From Oscillospiraceae bacterium (GTDB lineage Bacteria > Bacillota > Clostridia > Oscillospirales > Ruminococcaceae), in the NCBI GenBank assembly GCA_016281125.1, contig JAEEIA010000060.1:83307-147306 (forward strand): a stretch of DNA of 64,000 bases. The letters run 5' to 3'. Under the pieces are notes generated by a model. That model saw only the letters and a program-made list of their open reading frames with translations. It did not search any database and was not told the DNA's origin. Shown one piece after another: positions 10,121 to 17,090 of this stretch (positions are counted from its first letter, which is position 1; the number at the start of each line of letters is the position of its first letter). A program made the translations under genes and the position numbers.

Positions 10121-10900
10121 TCAAAGCTGCGGCATGTTGTTGTAGTATGTGAAATCGCCGCCGTTTACGGGATCATCGCCCGCGGGCAGCGGAATCAGAA
10201 CGAAGGTCTGCACGGAGGTGACGCCCGGAAAAACCGGCACATCCGTGCTGTGCTCGCGGTAATAGCCCTCTGCCTGCACGGAAATATCGTAGAGGAAGGA
10301 GACCGGATGCCGCTGGTCTGCGGAGGGCGGCGGCGCCGGCACCGTGATGGTATCCGTTTCGCCGCTGTCATCGGTGATACGGAGCGCAGTCAGCTCCGGC
10401 TCGCCGTCGATAAACCGCACAACGGTCACGGCCGCACCCGCAACCGGACGCGCACCCTCCGCCGTGACGGTGTGTACGCGGATACAGCCGGTGTATGCGC
10501 GCTTCGGCAGTGCAGGCTCCTCCGGCGCGTCAAAGCGTTCCGGTTCTTCCTGTTCTGTCACGCGCTTAGGTTCCCCGTCAGCGGAACGCTCTGAGGATGC
10601 CATCGCCGGAACGGAAAACGGAGGAGGAGGAGGCAGAACTGGCTTCGCTGAGTTAGGCGGCGGAGGCGGAGGAGGCAAGACCGGTTTCGGTACGCTGGGC
10701 GGCGGGGGAGGAGGAGGCAAGACCGGTTTCGGTGCGCCGGGCGGCGGGGGCGGAGGAGGCAAGACCGGTTTCGGTACGCCGGGCGGTGGGGCAGGCTTCG
10801 GCTTTTGATTCGCCGGCGGAGAAAGATTCTGGCTGGCGTACATGCGGAACAGCTCCTCGCGGTAGCGCCGGGCGGTGTCCTCAAATTCCTGACGGTTCAT
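10121..10900 (-). CDS. Proline-rich protein with a C-terminal SleC prodomain-like beta-sandwich
   Basis: ORF 10121..11047. Start chosen at MNRQEF (ATG 10898-10900, RBS AAAGGAG). Contains a (PKPVLPPPPPPPxx)x3-4 repeat. The tail IRVHTVTAEGARPVAGAAVTV...DDSGETDTITVPAP...ISVQAEGYY resembles the SleC N-terminal pre-pro region. Confidence 0.65.
   Translation of the reverse strand: MNRQEFEDTARRYREELFRMYASQNLSPPANQKPKPAPPPGVPKPVLPPPPPPPGAPKPVLPPPPPPPSVPKPVLPPPPPPPNSAKPVLPPPPPFSVPAMASSERSADGEPKRVTEQEEPERFDAPEEPALPKRAYTGCIRVHTVTAEGARPVAGAAVTVVRFIDGEPELTALRITDDSGETDTITVPAPPPSADQRHPVSFLYDISVQAEGYYREHSTDVPVFPGVTSVQTFVLIPLPAGDDPVNGGDFTYYNNMPQL
10615..10800. repeat. 42-bp in-frame tandem repeat (about 4.5 copies) encoding the poly-proline block
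   Basis: Three near-identical units GGCGGCGGRGGMGGAGGAGGCAAGACCGGTTTCGGTRCGCYG at 10656-10697, 10698-10739 and 10740-10781, plus degenerate flanking copies. Confidence 0.9.
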
Positions 10901-11040
10901 ATGAATGCTCCTTTCGGTATCTGCATCATAATGCAGTCTATGCAGCACATGTTGGAAACTTGCGCGCGCCGCCCGCACTTGATTTTTCCGGGTGAAACTG
11001 CTATAATAAACGCAGAAATTGACTGGGAGGAGGATGCGCT

Positions 11041-11988
11041 GTGACAAAAGAAGAACAGTACCGCGCGGTGGAACGCAAATACGGCAAAATCAAACGCAGG
11101 GAAAGACGAAAGCGGTATGCGCTCCGGCTGCTCGGCTTCGCTGCGATTCTGGCCGCCGTCCTCGGCCTGTACGCGGTTTGGACACTCCGGCAGCCAAAGC
11201 CGGAAGCCGCACTCCCCGACGCGCTGCGCGTCTGGTTTTTTGACGTCGGACAGGGCGACGCCGCGCTGATCCGTACCCCGGGGCGTGCCGTGCTCATTGA
11301 CGCAGGCGACTGCGATCAGGGATACCCCCTTGTGCAGAAGCTGAAATCGCTCGGCGTCACGCGGCTGGATGCCGCTGTCTGTTCACATCCTCACGCCGAC
11401 CACATCGGCGGCATGGAAACGGTGCTCTCCTGCATTCCGACGGATACACTGTATATGCCGGATATTCCGGATGCGATGATTCCCGCGGCGCCGTATTATG
11501 CCGGGCTGCTCCGGGCGGCGGAACAGAATCACACTGCGATCCGGATTCCGGCATGTCATGACACGGCCGAACTGGGCGGCGCATCCCTGACATTTTTATG
11601 CACGGACAACGCTGCATTTGAGGATCTCAATAACTGCTCGCTCGGCTGCCTTGTCAGCTGCGGGGATATCCGCTTTTTCCTTGCAGGCGATCTGGAAAAG
11701 GACGGCGAGGCCGCCATGCTCAGCGCGGGACTGATTCCGCCGGTCAATGTGCTGAAGGTTTCGCACCACGGGAGCAGCGGTGCAACGACGGAGGCGTTTT
11801 TGCAGACGGCTCAGCCTGATTATGCAGTGATTTCCGTCGGCAGCGGGAATGACTACGGGCATCCGGCACGGCGGACGCTGGAACGTCTTGCAGCAGCCGG
11901 CTGTGAGATTTACCGCACCGACCTGGACGGTACAGTGCTGTTTGCCGCGGACGGCCGGACGCTGCAAACATATGCTGCCGGAAAATAA
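11041..11988 (+). CDS. ComEC/Rec2-related MBL-fold metallohydrolase (membrane-anchored)
   Basis: 315 aa. N-terminal TM segment, then FFDVGQGDAALIRTPG, HPHADHIGG and VSHHGS motifs. GTG start. Confidence 0.8.
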   Translation: MTKEEQYRAVERKYGKIKRRERRKRYALRLLGFAAILAAVLGLYAVWTLRQPKPEAALPDALRVWFFDVGQGDAALIRTPGRAVLIDAGDCDQGYPLVQKLKSLGVTRLDAAVCSHPHADHIGGMETVLSCIPTDTLYMPDIPDAMIPAAPYYAGLLRAAEQNHTAIRIPACHDTAELGGASLTFLCTDNAAFEDLNNCSLGCLVSCGDIRFFLAGDLEKDGEAAMLSAGLIPPVNVLKVSHHGSSGATTEAFLQTAQPDYAVISVGSGNDYGHPARRTLERLAAAGCEIYRTDLDGTVLFAADGRTLQTYAAGK

Positions 11989-12078
11989 AGCGGCGTGATG
12001 CGGGGATGCCATATCATATATTTCGTGTCCGGTGTCGGGACACGCAAAGAGGAAAAAACAGTACAGAAATCATTTGAG

Positions 12079-12110
12079 AAAGCCGTTCATTCTTGGACGG
12101 CTTTTCTGAT
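12079..12110 (+). terminator. Putative intrinsic terminator after the comEC-like gene
   Basis: Stem AAAGCCGT/ACGGCTTT with a 10-nt loop, followed by a T-rich tail. Confidence 0.45.
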
Positions 12111-12119
12111 GAAAATCTC

Positions 12120-12148
12120 TTGAAATTCGAGTTAGCATATGCTATAAT
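12120..12148 (+). promoter_or_regulatory. Consensus sigma-A promoter of the AT-rich accessory operon, overlapped by a palindromic operator
   Basis: TTGAAA (12120-12125), 17-nt spacer, TGC-TATAAT (12143-12148). Palindrome TAGCATATGCTA at 12133-12144. A further ATGCTAAC half-site at 12167-12174. Confidence 0.65.
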
Positions 12149-12202
12149 ATAATTATGAGTTTGCGGATGCTAACTTTTGCTTGATTCGTGAGGTGATGCT
12201 GT

Positions 12203-12847
12203 ATGCTGAAATACACTTGTAAATACTGGATTTTCCTTGCGCCGCTTGTCAGAAAAACGCTGAAAAAGCATTACGGAAAGGCGTTTGCAGATAAGACGAT
12301 GCGAAAGGCGAAATCGGAATATCGGGCAATGCTGGATCGTGTGGATGATATCGGCGCAGATAATCCGATGGCTTCAAATATCTATATGAGCTTTGTGTTT
12401 TTCGCAGTGTATAAGGCTGCAAACGGAAAAATTACGATCAAGGCTCTGAGAATGACCGCACATGAAGCGATGGAATGGAAACCGCTGAGATTGATGGGAA
12501 TATTCGTAAACGCCAATAAATCAAGCGGTATCCGGGCGATTCGCAAAATGATGCTGAAAAATGCTGAATGGCTCGAAAAGCACCCGGAGTACAAGAAAGT
12601 ATCGTGGGACTTCAATTTTGACGAAAGCAAGCATCGTGACGGATATTACTATCATTTTACGCAGTGCCCGCTGAACAGCTTTGCAAGGCGGGAGGGAATG
12701 CTTGATGTACTGCCGGTGATGTGCGATATGGACTTTCTGACCGCCGGTCTGATGCACGCAAAGCTGCACCGTGAGAATACGCTTGCAGGCGGCGGAAAAA
12801 TATGCGATTACTGGTATGTGGGAGATAAAGTGAAAAATCCGAAATAA
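12203..12847 (+). CDS. L-2-amino-thiazoline-4-carboxylic acid hydrolase-family (ATC-hydrolase-like) protein
   Basis: 214 aa. Cys-containing C-terminal signature CPLNSF...MCDMDF...RENTLAGGGKICDYWY, recalled from that family. Function unknown. Confidence 0.55.
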   Translation: MLKYTCKYWIFLAPLVRKTLKKHYGKAFADKTMRKAKSEYRAMLDRVDDIGADNPMASNIYMSFVFFAVYKAANGKITIKALRMTAHEAMEWKPLRLMGIFVNANKSSGIRAIRKMMLKNAEWLEKHPEYKKVSWDFNFDESKHRDGYYYHFTQCPLNSFARREGMLDVLPVMCDMDFLTAGLMHAKLHRENTLAGGGKICDYWYVGDKVKNPK

Positions 12848-12963
12848 CAGCTCGGATATAACAGAAAGCAGCACCGCGTACAAAGCGTTTTTTATGCTGA
12901 TATGCTTTTTGCTATTGGCTTTTGTATTTTCAGGAATGCAGCAGACAGTTGGGAGCGTGTATT

Positions 12964-13452
12964 ATGATATATCTGCAATTATGCTTATACTGCCTGCTGT
13001 TCACGGCAATGGTCAAATACGCCGTCCGCGGCGGCGCGATCAACGGACTGTATTTCTATCCGAAAGCCGTGCAGGAACGGGCGTATGAGATCGGTCTGAC
13101 CGACAGGGAAACGGTGAAAAAGCAGCGCAGCCGCTTTATGACGCTGTTCTATATCGTAATGCTGACTGCCCTTGTACTTATCATCGCCGTGTGGAATCGT
13201 GTCAGCAGCTTCAAAACTGCCTATTTGCATGCACTTCTCTTTCTGGAGGTCATGAATCTCTATGACGGCGTTGTGATCGACAAGCTGTGGGTTGGGCACA
13301 GCAAATTCTGGATTCTGAAAGGCACGGAGGATATTCCGTTTGTGCAGACATGGACGCAGGTGCTGAAAAAGCGTTCATTTCTCGCAGTGATATGGGTGAT
13401 CGGGGCAGCAATCGCCGCAGGACTTGCGGTTCTGTCTGCAAAAGCAATATAA
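12964..13452 (+). CDS. Membrane protein, unknown function (paralogous to 15118..15618)
   Basis: ORF 12922..13452. Start chosen at MIYLQL. About 4 TM segments. Shares an LYDG/LYDM-containing helix pattern with the last gene of the operon. Confidence 0.55.
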   Translation: MIYLQLCLYCLLFTAMVKYAVRGGAINGLYFYPKAVQERAYEIGLTDRETVKKQRSRFMTLFYIVMLTALVLIIAVWNRVSSFKTAYLHALLFLEVMNLYDGVVIDKLWVGHSKFWILKGTEDIPFVQTWTQVLKKRSFLAVIWVIGAAIAAGLAVLSAKAI

Positions 13453-13465
13453 AGGAAGTGATCGA

Positions 13466-14101
13466 ATGAAAGATTATGAACGGGGCAAAGAAAAACAGAC
13501 CGCAGAAACAATCATGAAAAAGAAACAGTTTATAAAAGCAGAAATGGACAGGCAGATTTCAGCGGAATTGAGCGAGAAAATCTGGAAACAGTCTACTGCT
13601 TTATTGGCCCGGATTCTTCGGAAATATGCAGATATTCCGGATGGCGTTCATGCACATACGGATGTGTTCATATTTCCGTCAGCCGCAGTTTACCTTATGG
13701 CACAAAAATATGTGCGCAAAGAACAGGCGTATTCTTTCATTGAAAACGCCGCCGCTGAAAGAACGGAAAAACTCGGAAGCATGCTTGCTAAAACCATGAA
13801 ACTGCCCTTTGTGCGTGACATCTTTATCAATATGATGGATCGGATGACAAAAAAGAAGTTCGGGAAAGAATGCGGTTTTCAGAATCGGTTTTATCCGAAG
13901 AAAAAAGGAGAATACCGCATGGATATCCTGGCCTGTCCGTATTGCAAATACTTCACGGAGCTTGGTTGTCCGGAACTGACAAAAATATTCTGCGAGAATG
14001 ATGAGCGCGGCTACGGAAATCTGCCCGGATTAAAGTTTGAACGCAAGACAACACTTGGAAAGGGCGGAGATCGCTGCAATTTCTATTTCCGTAAAGTATG
14101 A
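13466..14101 (+). CDS. Second ATC-hydrolase-family protein
   Basis: ORF 13424..14101. Start at MKDYERG (RBS AAGGAAG). C-terminus CPYCKYF...FCENDE...KTTLGKGGDRCNFYF parallels the gene at 12203. Confidence 0.55.
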   Translation: MKDYERGKEKQTAETIMKKKQFIKAEMDRQISAELSEKIWKQSTALLARILRKYADIPDGVHAHTDVFIFPSAAVYLMAQKYVRKEQAYSFIENAAAERTEKLGSMLAKTMKLPFVRDIFINMMDRMTKKKFGKECGFQNRFYPKKKGEYRMDILACPYCKYFTELGCPELTKIFCENDERGYGNLPGLKFERKTTLGKGGDRCNFYFRKV

Positions 14102-15111
14102 AAAGAGAGGAAAAGAAGCGGTTTATGAAATTTGATAAAAGTGATAAAGTGGTAAAAGCGCCCGACGGGCTGAATCATCCGCTTTACAAACTGACAAAGG
14201 CTGTCGTAAAGGCAGCAAAAATCAAAAACAGCCTGGTCGGTTCAAAAGAAGAAGTCCTTGCGAAAGCAGCGAAAATGAACGCAAAAAGCCGCCATTTCAT
14301 CATGCCGACCGATAACAAAGCGCACTATACCGATCATCTGATACAGGGACAGTATCACTGCATTGAAATTGATATTGAAAAGACACGGCGCAAACATGCG
14401 ATACTCTTTGTGTTCGGCGGCGGAATGATCCTCGGCTCTGACAAGGGCGATATCGGACTTTCAAGAAAGATTGCAGAGAGAACAGGCTCGGATGTGTGGT
14501 TCCCGTATTATCCCCTATGCCACGAACACGATATGCTTGAAAATGTGCAGATGATATTGGAATGCTGTGAGAAAATGCTGACATTCTATAAGCCTGAAAG
14601 CATCGTATTTCTTGGTTTTTCATCAGGCGGTGCGCTGATACTCGACCTTATCACATACATCAACGAGCTGAACGGCAGCGGCAAAGATATTCCCATGCCC
14701 GGATTGCTGATTCCCGTATCGCCGGGAAGTGTTCCCGTTACCGATGCGGAAAAAGCCGCAATCAATAAACTTGATGAAAGGGATATCATGATACCTGCTG
14801 AATATATGTACACTGCCCGTGAAATCATGTGTCACGGCAGGGATATTCCCGAAAAATATCTTGCAACTGCGCACGGCGACTTCCGCAATGCTCCCATGGC
14901 GCATTTCTATTACGGTTCTGCGGAAACGCTGTATGCCTTTGCACCGAGCTATGCGGAAAGTTTCAGAAAAGCAGGCGCAAAGTGCGTCATTCATGTAGGA
15001 AAGGGAATGCATCACTGCTATGCAATCCAATACTTCATTCCCGGCTGCAAGCCTGCATTTGACGAGGTCATGGGGCTGATCCTGTATCATATCCAGAAGC
15101 ATAAGGGGTGA
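14098..15111 (+). CDS. Alpha/beta hydrolase (fold-3 esterase/lipase type)
   Basis: 337 aa. Oxyanion FVFGGGMILG and nucleophile elbow GFSSGG. ATGA overlap with the upstream stop. Confidence 0.7.
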   Translation: MKREEKKRFMKFDKSDKVVKAPDGLNHPLYKLTKAVVKAAKIKNSLVGSKEEVLAKAAKMNAKSRHFIMPTDNKAHYTDHLIQGQYHCIEIDIEKTRRKHAILFVFGGGMILGSDKGDIGLSRKIAERTGSDVWFPYYPLCHEHDMLENVQMILECCEKMLTFYKPESIVFLGFSSGGALILDLITYINELNGSGKDIPMPGLLIPVSPGSVPVTDAEKAAINKLDERDIMIPAEYMYTAREIMCHGRDIPEKYLATAHGDFRNAPMAHFYYGSAETLYAFAPSYAESFRKAGAKCVIHVGKGMHHCYAIQYFIPGCKPAFDEVMGLILYHIQKHKG

Positions 15112-15117
15112 GATACA

Positions 15118-15618
15118 ATGATACTGACATTTTTCCTTGCAATCGTATTCTGTGCTGCTATTACGATCATGCTTTTATCGGCGGTTGCATTTGTACAGAA
15201 GAAAGAATTCTTCTCGTCCGCACCGAAGGAAGCACAGGAAGTGATTCTGCCGAGAGAACATGAGTTATTCTGCGGTGCAAGAGCAATCGGCTGGACGCTG
15301 ATGATATTCAGCATACTCATGATTGCAGGCGTAGGCGTCATCTCAATTTGGGACGGTTTCAGAAGCGGCTTTACGTTTTTTCAGTTCTTTCTGCGATTTG
15401 TTTTCATCTTCACCGTTTACAAACTATACGACATGATCTGCTTTGATTATTTTCTTCTGATGAAATTTCAGTTCTTTCAGTTTTATTACCCGGAGATCAA
15501 AAGCGTATATGCGGGAAGAAAATACGGATACAACATCAAAAGCCAGCTGTTGAAGCTGCTTGTCATTTTTCCTGCGGCCTCCGCACTTGCGGCCTGGATA
15601 TGCACATTATTTCAATAA
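15118..15618 (+). CDS. Membrane protein, unknown function
   Basis: 166 aa. Four hydrophobic segments. Last gene of the AT-rich operon. Confidence 0.55.
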   Translation: MILTFFLAIVFCAAITIMLLSAVAFVQKKEFFSSAPKEAQEVILPREHELFCGARAIGWTLMIFSILMIAGVGVISIWDGFRSGFTFFQFFLRFVFIFTVYKLYDMICFDYFLLMKFQFFQFYYPEIKSVYAGRKYGYNIKSQLLKLLVIFPAASALAAWICTLFQ

Positions 15619-15628
15619 CACCGCAAAA

Positions 15629-15745
15629 GTATATGATAAAGGGATCACTGCACGGGAATCTGAAATGGAGATTCGCACGCTTCGCTGTCCGCCAAAGGCT
15701 CTGACCTTTGAAAAGCATGGAAACGAAGGAGATACATTGTTTTCA
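15629..15745 (+). repeat. Possible degenerate copy J of the GGTATC-end repeat
   Basis: GTATATGATAAAGGGAT...AATCTGAAATGGAG...CGCCAAAGGCTCTGACCTTTG...ACGAAGGAGATAC. The interior aligns loosely with copy F (CGCCAAAGGGACTTGTCCCTTTGG) and the ends are an imperfect inverted repeat. Confidence 0.3.
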
Positions 15746-15762
15746 TCACAACGGAATGCTGA

Positions 15763-15797
15763 AGGGCGCTGATTGATTTCAGCGCCCTGTGTTTTTA
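15763..15797. terminator. Stem-loop/terminator between convergent genes
   Basis: AGGGCGCTGA (15763-15772) pairs with TCAGCGCCCT (15779-15788), followed by GTGTTTTTA. Confidence 0.6.
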
Positions 15798-15804
15798 TAT
15801 CCGA

Positions 15805-16416
15805 TTATCCGAACATATACACGCCGTCCGTAGTTTTCACCACGTAAAGCTCCTTGTTCGTCACGACTGCGACCGGTTCGTCATCTCCCGCATACAGCGC
15901 ATACAGCGTGAACAGAATGTCGTTGATCTCTGTCGTTTCCTTTTTGCAACGCTCCCCGAAGTCCTCGTCCAGAATGCCTGCATTGGCATATGCCTTGAAA
16001 AAGCCGTCCGGATCCCGCCGTTCCTCCGGATAATACTCGATCTGGAGCACTGTCAGTTCCCAGCTCTCATAGCCGTCCTCGTCAAAGCGCTTGCAGAGAT
16101 CCTCCCGGAACGACTGCTCCAGGCTTGAGCCCTTGGATTGCAGATACTTGTCATAGCTCTCCCGGAACGGCGGATACAGCGCCTTCTCATACGCCGCATA
16201 ATCCTTGTTGTTTATCGCCTCAAAATAGCTTGTCAGCAGCTCCGTATACGCCGGATCCATGCTCTCGCTGCTGACGACGTTCAGCCCGTCCTTCTTTTCC
16301 TGCGTCTGCTGACTGCTCTCCGCAGCACCGGAGCTGCCGGAGCCGCCCCAGCTGCTGCATCCCGTGCCGCAAAGCGCGAGCACCGCCGCGCAGCAGACCG
16401 TCATAAACCGTTTCAT
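15805..16416 (-). CDS. Lipoprotein, unknown function
   Basis: 203 aa. Lipobox signal MKRFMTVCCAAVLALCGTGCSS. Confidence 0.7.
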   Translation of the reverse strand: MKRFMTVCCAAVLALCGTGCSSWGGSGSSGAAESSQQTQEKKDGLNVVSSESMDPAYTELLTSYFEAINNKDYAAYEKALYPPFRESYDKYLQSKGSSLEQSFREDLCKRFDEDGYESWELTVLQIEYYPEERRDPDGFFKAYANAGILDEDFGERCKKETTEINDILFTLYALYAGDDEPVAVVTNKELYVVKTTDGVYMFG

Positions 16417-16428
16417 GCTTCTCCTCCG

Positions 16429-17070
16429 TCAGGTATAGATCAGATACCACTGATTCTTATATTTTGCCGCAAACAGCTGACTGCCCTTTGTCACGGAAAC
16501 CGTGTCGCCCGTTTTGCCGGAGCCGCGGTCGCAGAGATAGCAGTCATTGCTCAGCTCGTACAGCGCCTGAAGATCGTTCACAAAATTCTTGTCGCCCTCA
16601 TCCGCTGCAAGCTGCTGAAGCATCAGGTTCAGCGCATCGCGGACAGTGGACTGCCCGTCCCGCACCGTCAGACTGACGACGTCGATCAGGGAAAAATCAA
16701 ATTCCTTGCCGAAATCCTCCTCGTAGGAATCGTGGATCATTTTCAGCATATCCGCTTCGGTATACCGATCCTTATACACCACGTCCATCTCATAGTTGTG
16801 ATACAGCGGAAACAGCAGCTTCGAGTACGCCGCCGTATCCTGCTCCTGCACAGCATGATAAAATGCCGAGATCTGCTTTGCGAGCGGCTCCTCCACAAAT
16901 CTGTGGTCATACCGCACCTGCACGGGCAGATCCGAGCTGGAAATCAGCGTGGCACCGTAGGGAAGATCCGCCTCGGACACATCCCCGCCGTTATCGCCGC
17001 AGGCTGTCAGCGGACAGAGCATCATCAGCAGCGCCCCGGCTAGTGCAATGAATTTGCGTTTCATATCCAT
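16429..17070 (-). CDS. Lipoprotein, unknown function (paralogue of 15805..16416)
   Basis: 213 aa. Lipobox LMMLCPLTACGD. Shares the AYxKxLxPxY pattern and a similar C-terminal beta pattern with its neighbour. Confidence 0.7.
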   Translation of the reverse strand: MDMKRKFIALAGALLMMLCPLTACGDNGGDVSEADLPYGATLISSSDLPVQVRYDHRFVEEPLAKQISAFYHAVQEQDTAAYSKLLFPLYHNYEMDVVYKDRYTEADMLKMIHDSYEEDFGKEFDFSLIDVVSLTVRDGQSTVRDALNLMLQQLAADEGDKNFVNDLQALYELSNDCYLCDRGSGKTGDTVSVTKGSQLFAAKYKNQWYLIYT

Positions 17071-17090
17071 TCTCCTTTTCCTCTGCCGGA

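Noticed and set aside
10105-10125. Programmed or artefactual frameshift joining 10121..11047 and 8719..10113 into one SleC-like protein.
   Set aside because: The downstream ORF has its own ATG with a well-spaced GGGGA RBS, and the upstream ORF ends in a clean stop. No slippery heptamer is visible. This is kept only as a sequencing-error caveat in the finding.
10344-10808. 154-aa Gly-rich plus-strand ORF (GGGGGGKTGFG repeats).
   Set aside because: It is the antisense reading of the proline-rich repeat. The minus-strand gene has an RBS, a sensible N-terminus and a folded C-terminal domain.
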